From the NCBI GenBank assembly GCA_964595645.1, contig CAZQQT010000005.1, positions 104,999-168,998 on the forward strand: a stretch of DNA of 64,000 nucleotides, read 5' to 3'. The stretch is from an uncultured Thermococci archaeon (lineage in GTDB: Archaea; Methanobacteriota_B; Thermococci; Methanofastidiosales; B48-G16). Positions 18,789 through 27,923 of the stretch are shown piece by piece. The notes below the pieces were generated by a model. That model ran no database searches. It was not told the origin of the DNA and saw nothing but the letters and a program-made list of their open reading frames with translations. Both the position numbers and the translations under genes were made by a program. Position 1 is the stretch's first letter. Each line of letters begins with the position of its first letter.

Positions 18789-19988
18789 GTGCCTGTAACA
18801 ACCGAAAAGCAGCTTTTTTATGGGATATATACAGCATCTGGGAGATCTTTATATCTAAATTCTAAATACATAAATCTAAAAAATAACACAATTGCAGTTT
18901 ATACTGCGAAGAAATCGTATCTTCCCGGAGAGACGGTAACTGTTTTTGTTGAAACAGGGACAGAAGGTACTCTGCACATTGAAGCTCCTGAGTATTCAGA
19001 GGATTTTGATATAAATGGAAACATGAATTTCAGTTTTACAGCGCCAGATCTACCGTCTGGTAGTTATCCTATAAGGTACACTTTTACTTGTCCCGGTAAA
19101 GAGACAAAGGGAATATGTTACTTTGATATAGAGGGACTCGATATAAAGATACGTGAGTTGCAATTGAAAAAAAGAGATTACAAGCCTTTGGACACACTGA
19201 AAATACATTCAAGTATCTATTCTAACCGCTCGTTTAATGCTACGTTTTCGTTTGAGCTCTACGATTTCAGCAATGAACAGATAGAAAAAATAGAGACGGA
19301 AAGAGTTTTAGATGTAGGTGAGAACACCCTTTCTTTCAAGATACCGTTCTCAACTCCTTCCTCAGGAATACACAAACTTCTTTATGAGATAGGGGATTTC
19401 TATGGCACAGAGTACTTTGATGTCCGAGGACCTATTATCTATTCTATTACTACAAGTAAAGGTGTATATACTCCAGGAGAAGAAAAGTATGTCACTATAG
19501 AAACGAGAGGGGAAGATATGGTACGAATATATTTAGATGGGAATGCGATATATGAAGGTTATGTAGATTCAGACGAATTAGTAGTTCCTTTATATACTGC
19601 CAGTGAAGGATTTCATAGTGTAAAAGCTAAAATTGTCTCGAACATTTCAAATGAAAAAAAAGTTGGTTTTTTTGTTTTTAAAACGTCAAAATCTGAGTCT
19701 CCAGAACGTTCAGAAACGTTCACTGCAAACCCTCTAGCTTATAAGTCCTTGGCCGAAGCAACGTTATCGAAGATTAATCAGGAGATGTTAGTAGTGGAAG
19801 GCCTTATTGAAGTTAAAAAGGATGAACTCGATCTAGAAAATATAGAAAAAACGTTAACTACGATTAAAACTTATATAGCCGAAGGAAAAAAGGCGATGGA
19901 CTCTAGAAATTATATAACAGCCAATAGTAAGTTTAATACAGCACTTGACGAGATAGTGGAACTGGAAGACTATCTAATAAATGTATAA
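18789..19988 (+). CDS. Hypothetical beta-rich (Ig-like) surface-protein fragment, probably 5'-truncated
   Basis: Repeated 'Y.PGE.V' Ig-like units (SYLPGETVTV, DYKPLDTLKI, VYTPGEEKYV) and a helical C-terminus; no signal peptide; GTG start 40 nt after vapC. Confidence 0.55.
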   Translation: MPVTTEKQLFYGIYTASGRSLYLNSKYINLKNNTIAVYTAKKSYLPGETVTVFVETGTEGTLHIEAPEYSEDFDINGNMNFSFTAPDLPSGSYPIRYTFTCPGKETKGICYFDIEGLDIKIRELQLKKRDYKPLDTLKIHSSIYSNRSFNATFSFELYDFSNEQIEKIETERVLDVGENTLSFKIPFSTPSSGIHKLLYEIGDFYGTEYFDVRGPIIYSITTSKGVYTPGEEKYVTIETRGEDMVRIYLDGNAIYEGYVDSDELVVPLYTASEGFHSVKAKIVSNISNEKKVGFFVFKTSKSESPERSETFTANPLAYKSLAEATLSKINQEMLVVEGLIEVKKDELDLENIEKTLTTIKTYIAEGKKAMDSRNYITANSKFNTALDEIVELEDYLINV

Positions 19989-20032
19989 ACCCTGATCCAA
20001 ACCTATATTAACCGACGTTCAGAACACCCTTT

Positions 20033-20833
20033 ATGCGAATCGGTGCTCATGTATCAATAAGAGGAGGACTTCCAACGATTTTTGATAGTATTAAATCACT
20101 CGGCGGTAACTGCTGCCAGATATTTTCCCATTCACCGAGAACGTGGCGATTCAAGGATGTGGAGGAGAGGGATATTGAAACATTTAAAGAACGGTACAAA
20201 GGAGAGGATATTGTGCCTATAGTAGTGCATAACTCCTACCTGGTGAATCTCGCCTCCCCTAAACGAGATCTCCATAAAAAATCAATGGATAATATGCGTC
20301 AGGAGTTTGAGACTGCAGAGATTCTCGGCATTGATTATGTGAATATCCATCCTGGATCGCATGACGATACAAAAGAGGGGATAAACAGGATAATTGAGTC
20401 ACTTAACACCATGGATACTGATGCCTACTTGCTCCTCGAGAACACAGCCGATAAAATAGGGGGTGAATTTGATCATCTGGCGTATATTATGGATCACATA
20501 AGAATTACCTGCGGTGTGACACTGGACACGTGCCACGCATACGACGCAGGACATGATATCGTCAACAACCTCGACAATGTACTGGATGAGTTTGATAATA
20601 CTGTGGGGTTGAAGAACCTAAAACTGATACATCTCAACGATTCGAAGCATGGACTCGGCTCGAAACGGGATAGACATGAGCACATTGGTCTCGGTGAGAT
20701 AGGGAAAGAAGGATTCAGGAATTTTATCAATCACCCAAAGCTGAGAGAGATCCCGATGATCCTTGAAACGCCAAAAGATGAACGTCGTGGATTTAAGGAG
20801 AACATTGCAGTAGTGAAGGACTTGATTGAATAG
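20033..20833 (+). CDS. nfo: Endonuclease IV (AP endonuclease)
   Basis: IGAHVS, QIFSHSPR, HNSYLVNL, HPGS, LLENTA, LDTCHAY, HLNDSK, DRHEHIGLG, ILETP. Confidence 0.95.
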   Translation: MRIGAHVSIRGGLPTIFDSIKSLGGNCCQIFSHSPRTWRFKDVEERDIETFKERYKGEDIVPIVVHNSYLVNLASPKRDLHKKSMDNMRQEFETAEILGIDYVNIHPGSHDDTKEGINRIIESLNTMDTDAYLLLENTADKIGGEFDHLAYIMDHIRITCGVTLDTCHAYDAGHDIVNNLDNVLDEFDNTVGLKNLKLIHLNDSKHGLGSKRDRHEHIGLGEIGKEGFRNFINHPKLREIPMILETPKDERRGFKENIAVVKDLIE

Positions 20834-20918
20834 TTATTTATTGCCACACGCTGATTTTTCAGCTCACGGTTTTTACAGGAAGGAGTAACTTTATATATTC
20901 TCAGCTGTATAATTCCAC

Positions 20919-21223
20919 TGGCTAGACCGGGAGGTTAGGCGTCTCCTGTCACCTAAGATCGTCTAGAGGTAGGGGTCGAAGTCCGAAGAGCGAGAGATAA
21001 ATCCAGTGGGAAGAGCTGCCTACGCCGATGAGATCCTGTCTCTCTTGATCGGCGTGGGGAGGGCCTCTTCTGGAGGGAAGAGGCTACTCCCCTAACTTCT
21101 GAACCCCGTGAGGCCCGGAAGGGAACAACGGTAGGGAGGATGTCCGATGCTTGAGAGGTCGCAGGATTGAGAACGGGGCAGTTTCGACCCGTTGGAGGAG
21201 TCTTTCCATCTTCGGGCGTGCCA
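20919..21223 (+). ncRNA. ffs: Archaeal signal recognition particle (7S) RNA
   Basis: 5' ggctagaccgggaggttaggcgtctcctgt Alu-like domain; helix 6 cctcttct-GGAG-ggaagagg; helix 8 aggccc-GGAA-ggg; 5' tggc pairs with 3' gcca; about 305 nt; TATA ctttatata about 25 nt upstream. Confidence 0.92.
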
Positions 21224-21236
21224 TTCATCATTGAAC

Positions 21237-21505
21237 TCAGGAGAATTCAGTCCCACACATTGTACAGAACTTAGCTCTTTCTTTATTTGCAGACCCACAA
21301 TATCTGCAACGTTTGTCGTTCGGATGAGTTTTAGCCCGAGGTTTATATTGTAGCTGGGTACTACCACAATGTGAACATTGAGAGGATTTTGCAAGATACT
21401 AAAACAAATACAGAACTCCAAACAGCAAAAATGCTACGATATCAAATTTTTTTGTAGGCTCCACAATCGTTCACAAAATTTCACTGGGCCTTTAACTATA
21501 GGCAT
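21237..21505 (-). pseudogene. Decayed LITAF-like membrane zinc-ribbon protein with C-terminal double zinc ribbon
   Basis: SD ggagggg + MPIVKGPVKFCER / frameshift / VEPTKKFDIVAFLLFGVLYLF*YLAKSSQCSHCGS..CRYCGSANKERAKFCTMCGTEFS*. Confidence 0.6.
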
Positions 21506-21651
21506 ATTCCCCCTCCTGCAGTATTCATATAACCACCTCGATCTTCTTTTCTCTTGGATCTTTAAATAGATATCGGAACAATTTATCGGAACAATTTTAA
21601 TTAAAAAAGAAAATACCTCTATCTTCCATACATTTCTCTGGAGAATGTTCT

Positions 21652-23031
21652 CTATATCTTCTTTTTCCACGTCGTTTTTTCCCCATCTTCAAGAATGATG
21701 CCGATGTCACGTAGCCGTGCTCTGATTTCATCTGCCGTATCAAACTCTTTTTTTTGCCGTAGTTCTTCTCTGATATCAATGAGGAGTTCAATCAGTTCTT
21801 CCTCGCGCCCTTCTTCTTTTTCTTCTCTCAACACTCCAAAAACATTTCCTATCTCTTCAAAAAGATTTTTTGCATCTTTGAGTTGAGATTTGTTTGCAGA
21901 CTCCGTGTATTTATTTATTTTTTTAATGAATTCATAGTATGCAGCGAAGGCCTCAGGCGTGTTGAAGTCATCGTCCATCGCGGCCTCGAAATCTCTTCTC
22001 GCTGTTTTCACGGCCTCTTCAAGCTCGGTACTTCCTTTCCCAGGATTCTTAAGGGAAATTTCGAGTTCTCTTCGAGCGTTGTAGATTCTTTCAAGGGATC
22101 GTTCTGCAGATTTCACACCATCTTCGCTAAAATCCATCCTGCTCCTGTAATAGATAGATGCCAAATATAGCCTGAGTACCATGGGGTTGTACTTCTCGAG
22201 TAATTCCCGAATTGTAGTGAAATTTCCCAATGATTTTGACATTTTTTCTCCTTCTACAGTCAATACACCCGTGTGAAGCCAGTAGTTCACAAACTGTTCA
22301 TCGTAGTATGCTTCAGATTGGGCAATTTCGTTTTCATGATGAGGGAATGCCAGTTCTATTGCACCTCCATGGATATCCAACGGAACGCCAAGATACTTGG
22401 TTGACATTACGGAGCACTCAATATGCCATCCCGGTCTTCCCTCCCCCCATGGAGATTCCCAGAATATCTCTCCTTCTTTGGCTGTTTTCCACAGCGCAAA
22501 GTCTACTGGATTCTTTTTTGTTTCGTCGGGTTTCACCCGGGCACCGGAAAGGATATCTTCCACTGATTGATTGGAAAGCTTTCCGTACTCTTCAAAGGCA
22601 CTGATATCAAAATACACATTCCCTCCTGACTCATACGCGTATCCTTTCTCTATGAGAACCTTGATAAACTCGATAATATCGTCAATGTGGTTAGAAACCT
22701 TGGGATAAAGATCGGCTCTCTTTATATTCAGGGCGTCAAACTCCTTCTGAGCCTCCTTAGAAAAACGTTCGGCGATTTCTAGGGGGTTTTCATCGATTTG
22801 TTTTGATCGATTGATGAGTTTGTCCTCTACATCGGTAATATTCTGGATATGAAAGATATCGTATCCTTTGTACTCAAGGTATCGTTTGATGACATCAAAG
22901 GCCACGTAGGTTTTTGCATGTCCAAGATGTGCATAGTCATAGGGTGTGAGCCCGCAGACATACATTCTCACTCTTTTTTCTTCTGGCTTAAATTCTTCTT
23001 TTTTTCTATGCAGTGTGTTGTATACTTTCAT
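21652..23031 (-). CDS. cysS: Cysteine--tRNA ligase
   Basis: MKVYNTL, MYVCGLTPY, HLGH, DFALWK, GRPGWHIECS, FPHHENE, KMSKSLGN; true start ATG 23031. Confidence 0.96.
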   Translation of the reverse strand: MKVYNTLHRKKEEFKPEEKRVRMYVCGLTPYDYAHLGHAKTYVAFDVIKRYLEYKGYDIFHIQNITDVEDKLINRSKQIDENPLEIAERFSKEAQKEFDALNIKRADLYPKVSNHIDDIIEFIKVLIEKGYAYESGGNVYFDISAFEEYGKLSNQSVEDILSGARVKPDETKKNPVDFALWKTAKEGEIFWESPWGEGRPGWHIECSVMSTKYLGVPLDIHGGAIELAFPHHENEIAQSEAYYDEQFVNYWLHTGVLTVEGEKMSKSLGNFTTIRELLEKYNPMVLRLYLASIYYRSRMDFSEDGVKSAERSLERIYNARRELEISLKNPGKGSTELEEAVKTARRDFEAAMDDDFNTPEAFAAYYEFIKKINKYTESANKSQLKDAKNLFEEIGNVFGVLREEKEEGREEELIELLIDIREELRQKKEFDTADEIRARLRDIGIILEDGEKTTWKKKI

Positions 23032-23157
23032 ACCAGCGTTTTTCGTTTTGATATTTAAATGCTTTATGAAAGAGGCAATGAATGATCGCATTTGTACATG
23101 GATGGAGAGAATAAATTTAAAAAGTCTATTAATATACATTGACGAAGAGGTATTACT

Positions 23158-23430
23158 GTGACGAAGATAAAAATTACCGTAGAACGCATCGATGGATATT
23201 GCAATCTCCCCATGCTTGTAGGCGATCACTTCTTTGTGGAAAACTCCAAACTCTCGGTTCCTGAGGGAACATATATCTGCATCTGGGCACTTCAGAGTAT
23301 GATGCCCATATTTCCTATTCTCACAGAGAGAGAGCGACTGGAGAACGGTCACTGGGTAAAAACTGTGAAGCATTTCTCCTGTCCCGATCCGAAGGGGAAG
23401 GTACTCTTCCGTTTGGAGGTCGAGGAGTGA
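23158..23430 (+). CDS. TIGR04076-like small Cys-containing protein
   Basis: KITVERIDGYC...VGDHF...ICIWALQSMMP...SCPDP..VLFRLE; first gene of the AOR unit. Confidence 0.7.
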   Translation: MTKIKITVERIDGYCNLPMLVGDHFFVENSKLSVPEGTYICIWALQSMMPIFPILTERERLENGHWVKTVKHFSCPDPKGKVLFRLEVEE

Positions 23431-23434
23431 AGCC

Positions 23435-23929
23435 ATGATCCACGTGGATACTAGTAAATGTACGGGATGTGGGCGGTGTGAAACCGTGTGCGCTTTTTTC
23501 CATACAGGAAAAATTAACAGAACACTTTCACGGATAAAGGTAATGCACCTCTACAATAGGGGGATTGACGGTCCTGTGGTCTGTACGCAGTGTGAGGAAC
23601 GGTACTGTATGCCGTGTCCAGTCGATGCACTGTCTATCGGTCCGAATGGACAGGTAATAGTAACGCCCACAATATGTGAGCTTTGTGGTATATGCGAGGT
23701 GCGATGTCCCATCGGCGCTATCGAGGTTACAGAGAAGTTTGTCGTTGTCTGCGATCTCTGTGGTGGAGAGCCACGATGTGTGGATGCGTGTACGGAAAAT
23801 GCCCTTACGTACCAGCCCGAGAAACTAGGCCCTTCATTAGAACAATACATGAAAAAGACCGACGGGATGAATACGAGTGAGAAACGGTATCTCTATATAA
23901 AAAAGAAAGGATCTTCTGGGAGGCAGTAG
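23435..23929 (+). CDS. 4x[4Fe-4S] polyferredoxin subunit (DmsB/AorA-like) of the AOR
   Basis: CTGCGRCETVC, CTQC...CMPCP, CELCGICEVRCP, CDLC...CVDAC. Confidence 0.88.
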   Translation: MIHVDTSKCTGCGRCETVCAFFHTGKINRTLSRIKVMHLYNRGIDGPVVCTQCEERYCMPCPVDALSIGPNGQVIVTPTICELCGICEVRCPIGAIEVTEKFVVVCDLCGGEPRCVDACTENALTYQPEKLGPSLEQYMKKTDGMNTSEKRYLYIKKKGSSGRQ

Positions 23930-23930
23930 C

Positions 23931-25716
23931 ATGTACGGATACGGCGGTAAGGTGCTGTGGGTTGATCTCACCGATAGGGAGGTTCGCATCGAAACGGTGG
24001 CAGAGTCGTGGATAAAACCTGTTATCGGCGGCCGTGCTGCCAATACAAAGCGACTTATAGAAAAAATCGATCCCTCATGCGATCCACTAGGGCCTGAGAA
24101 TGTACTCATCTTCGGAGTTGGTCCGCTTACCGGCTCGCTCCTTCCGGCCTCTGTCTACCATACCATTACTGCAAAATCACCGCTCACCGGAATACTTGGC
24201 GATTCTGCGGCTGGCGGTCAGTTCGGTGCGGCAATGAAGCGCACGGGGTTTGACCAGATTGTTATCAGCGGGAAAGCAGAGTCTCTTAGCTATCTTCTGA
24301 TCACTGATGACGGCGTAGAGTTCATTGCGTGTCCTGAGTATGAAGGAACGTCGATTTTGGAAACCACACATCGTATTCGAAAGGATCAGCGCGATCATTC
24401 CATCGAAGTGGCAGCCATTGGGCCTGCAGGAGAGAACGAAGTCCTCTTTGCTTCGGTTGTTTCCAGCGGAAACAGAGTGAATGGTCGTACCGGTATGGGT
24501 GCTGTGATGGGATCAAAAAATCTCAAGGCGGTGGCTGTTACAGGATCCCGTTCGGTGGAACTGGCAGATCCATTGCAGTTTTTCTCACTTGTCAGGGAGC
24601 TTGAGAAGAAAATCCGGAATCATCCCGAGTATGAGAAGCGGTACCATCTTGGGACTACGATGCTTATGAAAGATCTTAACAGCATCGGTATTCTTCCTAC
24701 CAATCATTTTCAAAAAGGGATCTGTTCCTATGTTGACAAAATTTCAGGAGAGACGCTCGCAAAGAAATTTAAAATGAAAAATAAATCTTGTTTTAACTGC
24801 AACGTCCACTGTTCCCGTTACTATCGGTGCAACGGTCTGGAAGCAGAGGGACCGGAGTTCGAAACGCTCTGCAGCTTTACCTCACGTATAGGAAACGATA
24901 ATCTTGCCTTCGCCTTGGAGATGAACAGGTACCTCAACCAGATGGGTCTCGATTCTATCTCCACTGGTGAGATCATTGGGTGGATAATGGAGTGTCAAGA
25001 AAGGGGACTGATCGCACCGAAAGAGCTCGATGGGGTTAGTATTTCATGGGGAGAGAGAAAAGATCCGCGAGATCGTGAGGAAGATAGTACATCGGGAAGG
25101 TATAGGCGATGAGTTAGCCGCCGGTGCAAGAAATTTTTCGAAATCATTCAGTAAAGAAGCACAGGAATTAGTAATGCATGTGAAGGGACTGGACGTGATC
25201 TGCGGCGATCCTCGAGGAATAAAAGCATATGGTCTTACCTACGCAATTGCTTCTCGTGGAGCAGATCACCTCCGAGCAGAACCGTATTTTGAGCTCACCA
25301 ACAGAAAAAAAGAGGCAAAAAGACGATTTGGTACAGAAAAAGCTGCCGATAGATTATCAGAAGAGGGAAAAGCTGCACTGGTAACGTATTCCGAGAAAAT
25401 TTCGCTTCTCTGCGATTCATTAACGATGTGTAAGAATATTGGACTTTGTATGGACATCTTAGATTTTGAGAATGCTGCTTCCCTCTTAAAGGCGGGTACC
25501 GGGATTCACTACACACTAGAATATCTAAAAAAGACACTGGAAGAAGCTATCACGCGGGACCGAGAGCTCAATGGTAGGTTCGGGCTTATTGAAGAAGAGG
25601 ATACCCTCCCAGATCGGTTTGTCCATGAGCCACTGGGAGAGGGAGCAACACAAGGCTCCGTAGTGGATATCGATAGGATGGTGGAGGAGTATTATAAACT
25701 CCATGGATGGAAGTAA
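23931..25716 (+). pseudogene. aor: Tungsten aldehyde:ferredoxin oxidoreductase, split by one frameshift at about 25051-25060
   Basis: MYGYGGKVLWVDL, KSPLTG, IGPAGEN, GRTGMGAVMGSKNLKAV, CFNCNVHC, EGPEFE, GLDSIS; second half REGIGDELA, HVKGL, RGADHL, DSLTMC, YYKLHGW. Confidence 0.85.
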
Positions 25717-25728
25717 TTCTCGGTCTTT

Positions 25729-26536
25729 TTATTCCTTCGGTTTCCTTCTCAATGAAAATCCTGTCTTTTTCTTTACAAATTTGTATGCACTGTACAGAAT
25801 TGCGGCCATGGCAGCAACAGGTACTGTAATGAAGAATCCGATGATTATTACTCTAATCGTTGCCATAAAAGCCTGTATTCCTGTTTCAAGAGCTCCCTTT
25901 AGTCCCCACTCATACGATATCGGTTTCGGCTCCGAGATGCGAATGGTGATTGTCGAGTACTCGACTCTGTTTTTCAGGTAGTTCATCTCTCCCTGAAGTC
26001 TTTCAATCGCTTCTCTTGTATCTGAGAGTCTTGATTCTATTTTGAGGATTTCTTCTACCGTGTCCGCCTTTTCAAGTATCTCGAGATACCGTTGTTCTTC
26101 AGCTTTCCTATTTTTCAACCGTGATTCAAGATCGATATATTGTTTTGTGACATCTTCTCTCCGTACATCAGTACTTTGTACCGTTCCCAGCAATTTTATT
26201 TCTTTCTACCACCTGCGAAAAGTGTTTTTCAGGTATTCGTAGGGTAACGTACCCTTCTCTATAGTTTTCCTCAGTTTCAGAGGATGATTGCGCGATGTAT
26301 CCTTCGTATTTTTCTGTGATTTTTTCTATCTTCTTCAATGTTATCTCAAAATTTCCTGTCTCTATCTCTATCTGAGAGGCGGTAATCACTTTTCTCTCAG
26401 AGATTGACTCTTCGGAAGTTGAGGTACTTGGCTCTTTCTCTCCTCCTGTTCCTTTTTGGAGGTCCAAAGCCTCCTCTCCACCGATGCATCCCACAAAAAG
26501 TACAACAACCACTACTGCAAGTAAAATTTTTCTCAT
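25729..26536 (-). pseudogene. DUF4349-domain lipoprotein, split by a one-base frameshift at about 26200
   Basis: Lipobox LFVGC; YEGYIAQS..VTLRIP; then LGTV..EDVTKQYIDLESRLKN..IERLQGEMNYLKNRVEYSTITIRISE and a C-terminal TM; removing one A gives VEEIKLLGTV. Confidence 0.78.
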
Positions 26537-26605
26537 GTAAAAGAGCCTGTCTCTATTTATTTATATTTTTTGGTAAAGTTCAATTTATATTGAACATTGA
26601 CAGAA

Positions 26606-26878
26606 TCAGGTCTTTGCAACAGCTTTATTATTGTTCTCTGGAAGATCCATCCCTAACGTTTCATATATCTTCTTTTCAGTCTCTATCACAGCCTCTGCCT
26701 TTCCTACCAGTTCTATATAAATGCCAAGAGGAGATTTATAAACATTTGTTGTCATATCTTTGGGAATTAGATCGGACTCGAGGATATCAGCTTCTTCAGG
26801 ATTTATGAGTATCCTTGCTTTGTACTCATCTCTTACATTTCTTATTGCTTTCTCTATCAATTTTTTCATATTACTCAC
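26606..26878 (-). CDS. Hypothetical protein
   Basis: 90-aa ORF with normal composition, SD-like aggtga at the GTG start; divergent from nfnA. Confidence 0.65.
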   Translation of the reverse strand: MSNMKKLIEKAIRNVRDEYKARILINPEEADILESDLIPKDMTTNVYKSPLGIYIELVGKAEAVIETEKKIYETLGMDLPENNNKAVAKT

Positions 26879-27030
26879 CTATAAATTATTAAAAAAGGAA
26901 AGTTTAAAAAGTTTTCCAAGATCAAAGTAATATTTATCCCTTATGCTTTTTTTCCTTTAAATACAGTCTCATCAATATTTCTGCGATTGTCGAACACAAC
27001 CTTTAAATTAGCATCTTCGTAGAACCCTGT

Positions 27031-27909
27031 ATGACTATGCATGAGATCCTTCATAAAGAAGAATTAAGTGATACCATTAAGCTTTTAGATGTGGAAGCGC
27101 CTTTAATTGCAAAGAAATTTGAGCCCGGACAGTTTTTAACAATTCGTATCGATGAAAAAGGAGAAAGAGTGCCGTTGACTATTGTAGATACCGACGAATA
27201 CAAGGGGAGCGTCCGAATAATATTTCAAGAGGTAGGAAAAACAACTAAACAGCTGGGACTGCTCGATGAGGAAGATTTCATCGAGGACATCGTCGGCCCC
27301 TTAGGAACTGCTTCTGAGATAGAGAACTTTGGAAAGGTCGTGTGCGTTGGAGGGGGTGTCGGCGCTGCACCACTCTACCCTCAAGCTCGTGCCCTCCATG
27401 AAGCGGGAAATGAGGTTATTACTATTATAGGTGCACGAACAAAGGATTTACTAATATTGGAGGACGAGATGAAAGAGGTTTCTGATAGGTTCTATATCAC
27501 TACAGATGACGGTTCCTATGGGAGGAAGGGATTCGTATCCGATGTGTTACAGGAAATACTTGAGGAAGAGGAGATTAACAGAGTGATCACTATTGGTCCT
27601 GCGATAATGATGATGGTCACGGCAAGGGTAACCAAACCCCATGGCGTGAAAACAATAGCGTCCTTGAACTCCATTATGGTTGATGGAACAGGGATGTGCG
27701 GAGCATGTAGGGTGAAAGTAGGTGGGGAAACAAAGTTCGCCTGCGTTGATGGCCCCGATTTCGATGCCCATAAAGTTGACTTTGAGTTGCTCATGGAAAG
27801 ACAAAAAATGTATCTCGAGGAGGAAATTCGGGCGATAGAATCGTATGAAGATGAGCTATTCGAAAAACTAAGTGCTGTCCGTTCCCTCGTTAAAGAAAAA
27901 AGGAGATAA
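27031..27909 (+). CDS. nfnA: NfnA/SudB: small FAD/[2Fe-2S] subunit of bifurcating transhydrogenase, copy 1
   Basis: PGQF, GERVPLTI, GPLG, VGGGVGAAPLYP, TDDGSYG, IGPAIMM, MVDGTGMCGACR..FACVDGPDF. Confidence 0.92.
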   Translation: MTMHEILHKEELSDTIKLLDVEAPLIAKKFEPGQFLTIRIDEKGERVPLTIVDTDEYKGSVRIIFQEVGKTTKQLGLLDEEDFIEDIVGPLGTASEIENFGKVVCVGGGVGAAPLYPQARALHEAGNEVITIIGARTKDLLILEDEMKEVSDRFYITTDDGSYGRKGFVSDVLQEILEEEEINRVITIGPAIMMMVTARVTKPHGVKTIASLNSIMVDGTGMCGACRVKVGGETKFACVDGPDFDAHKVDFELLMERQKMYLEEEIRAIESYEDELFEKLSAVRSLVKEKRR

Positions 27910-27923
27910 AGGAGGGATCATGA

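Noticed and set aside
20953-21421. Minus-strand ORFs of 92 and 109 aa
   Set aside because: Shadows of the SRP RNA and an off-frame reading of the zinc-ribbon pseudogene
23032-23436. Long N-terminal extension of CysRS in the ORF track
   Set aside because: It overlaps the plus-strand TIGR04076-like gene; CysRS homology begins at MKVYNTL (23031)
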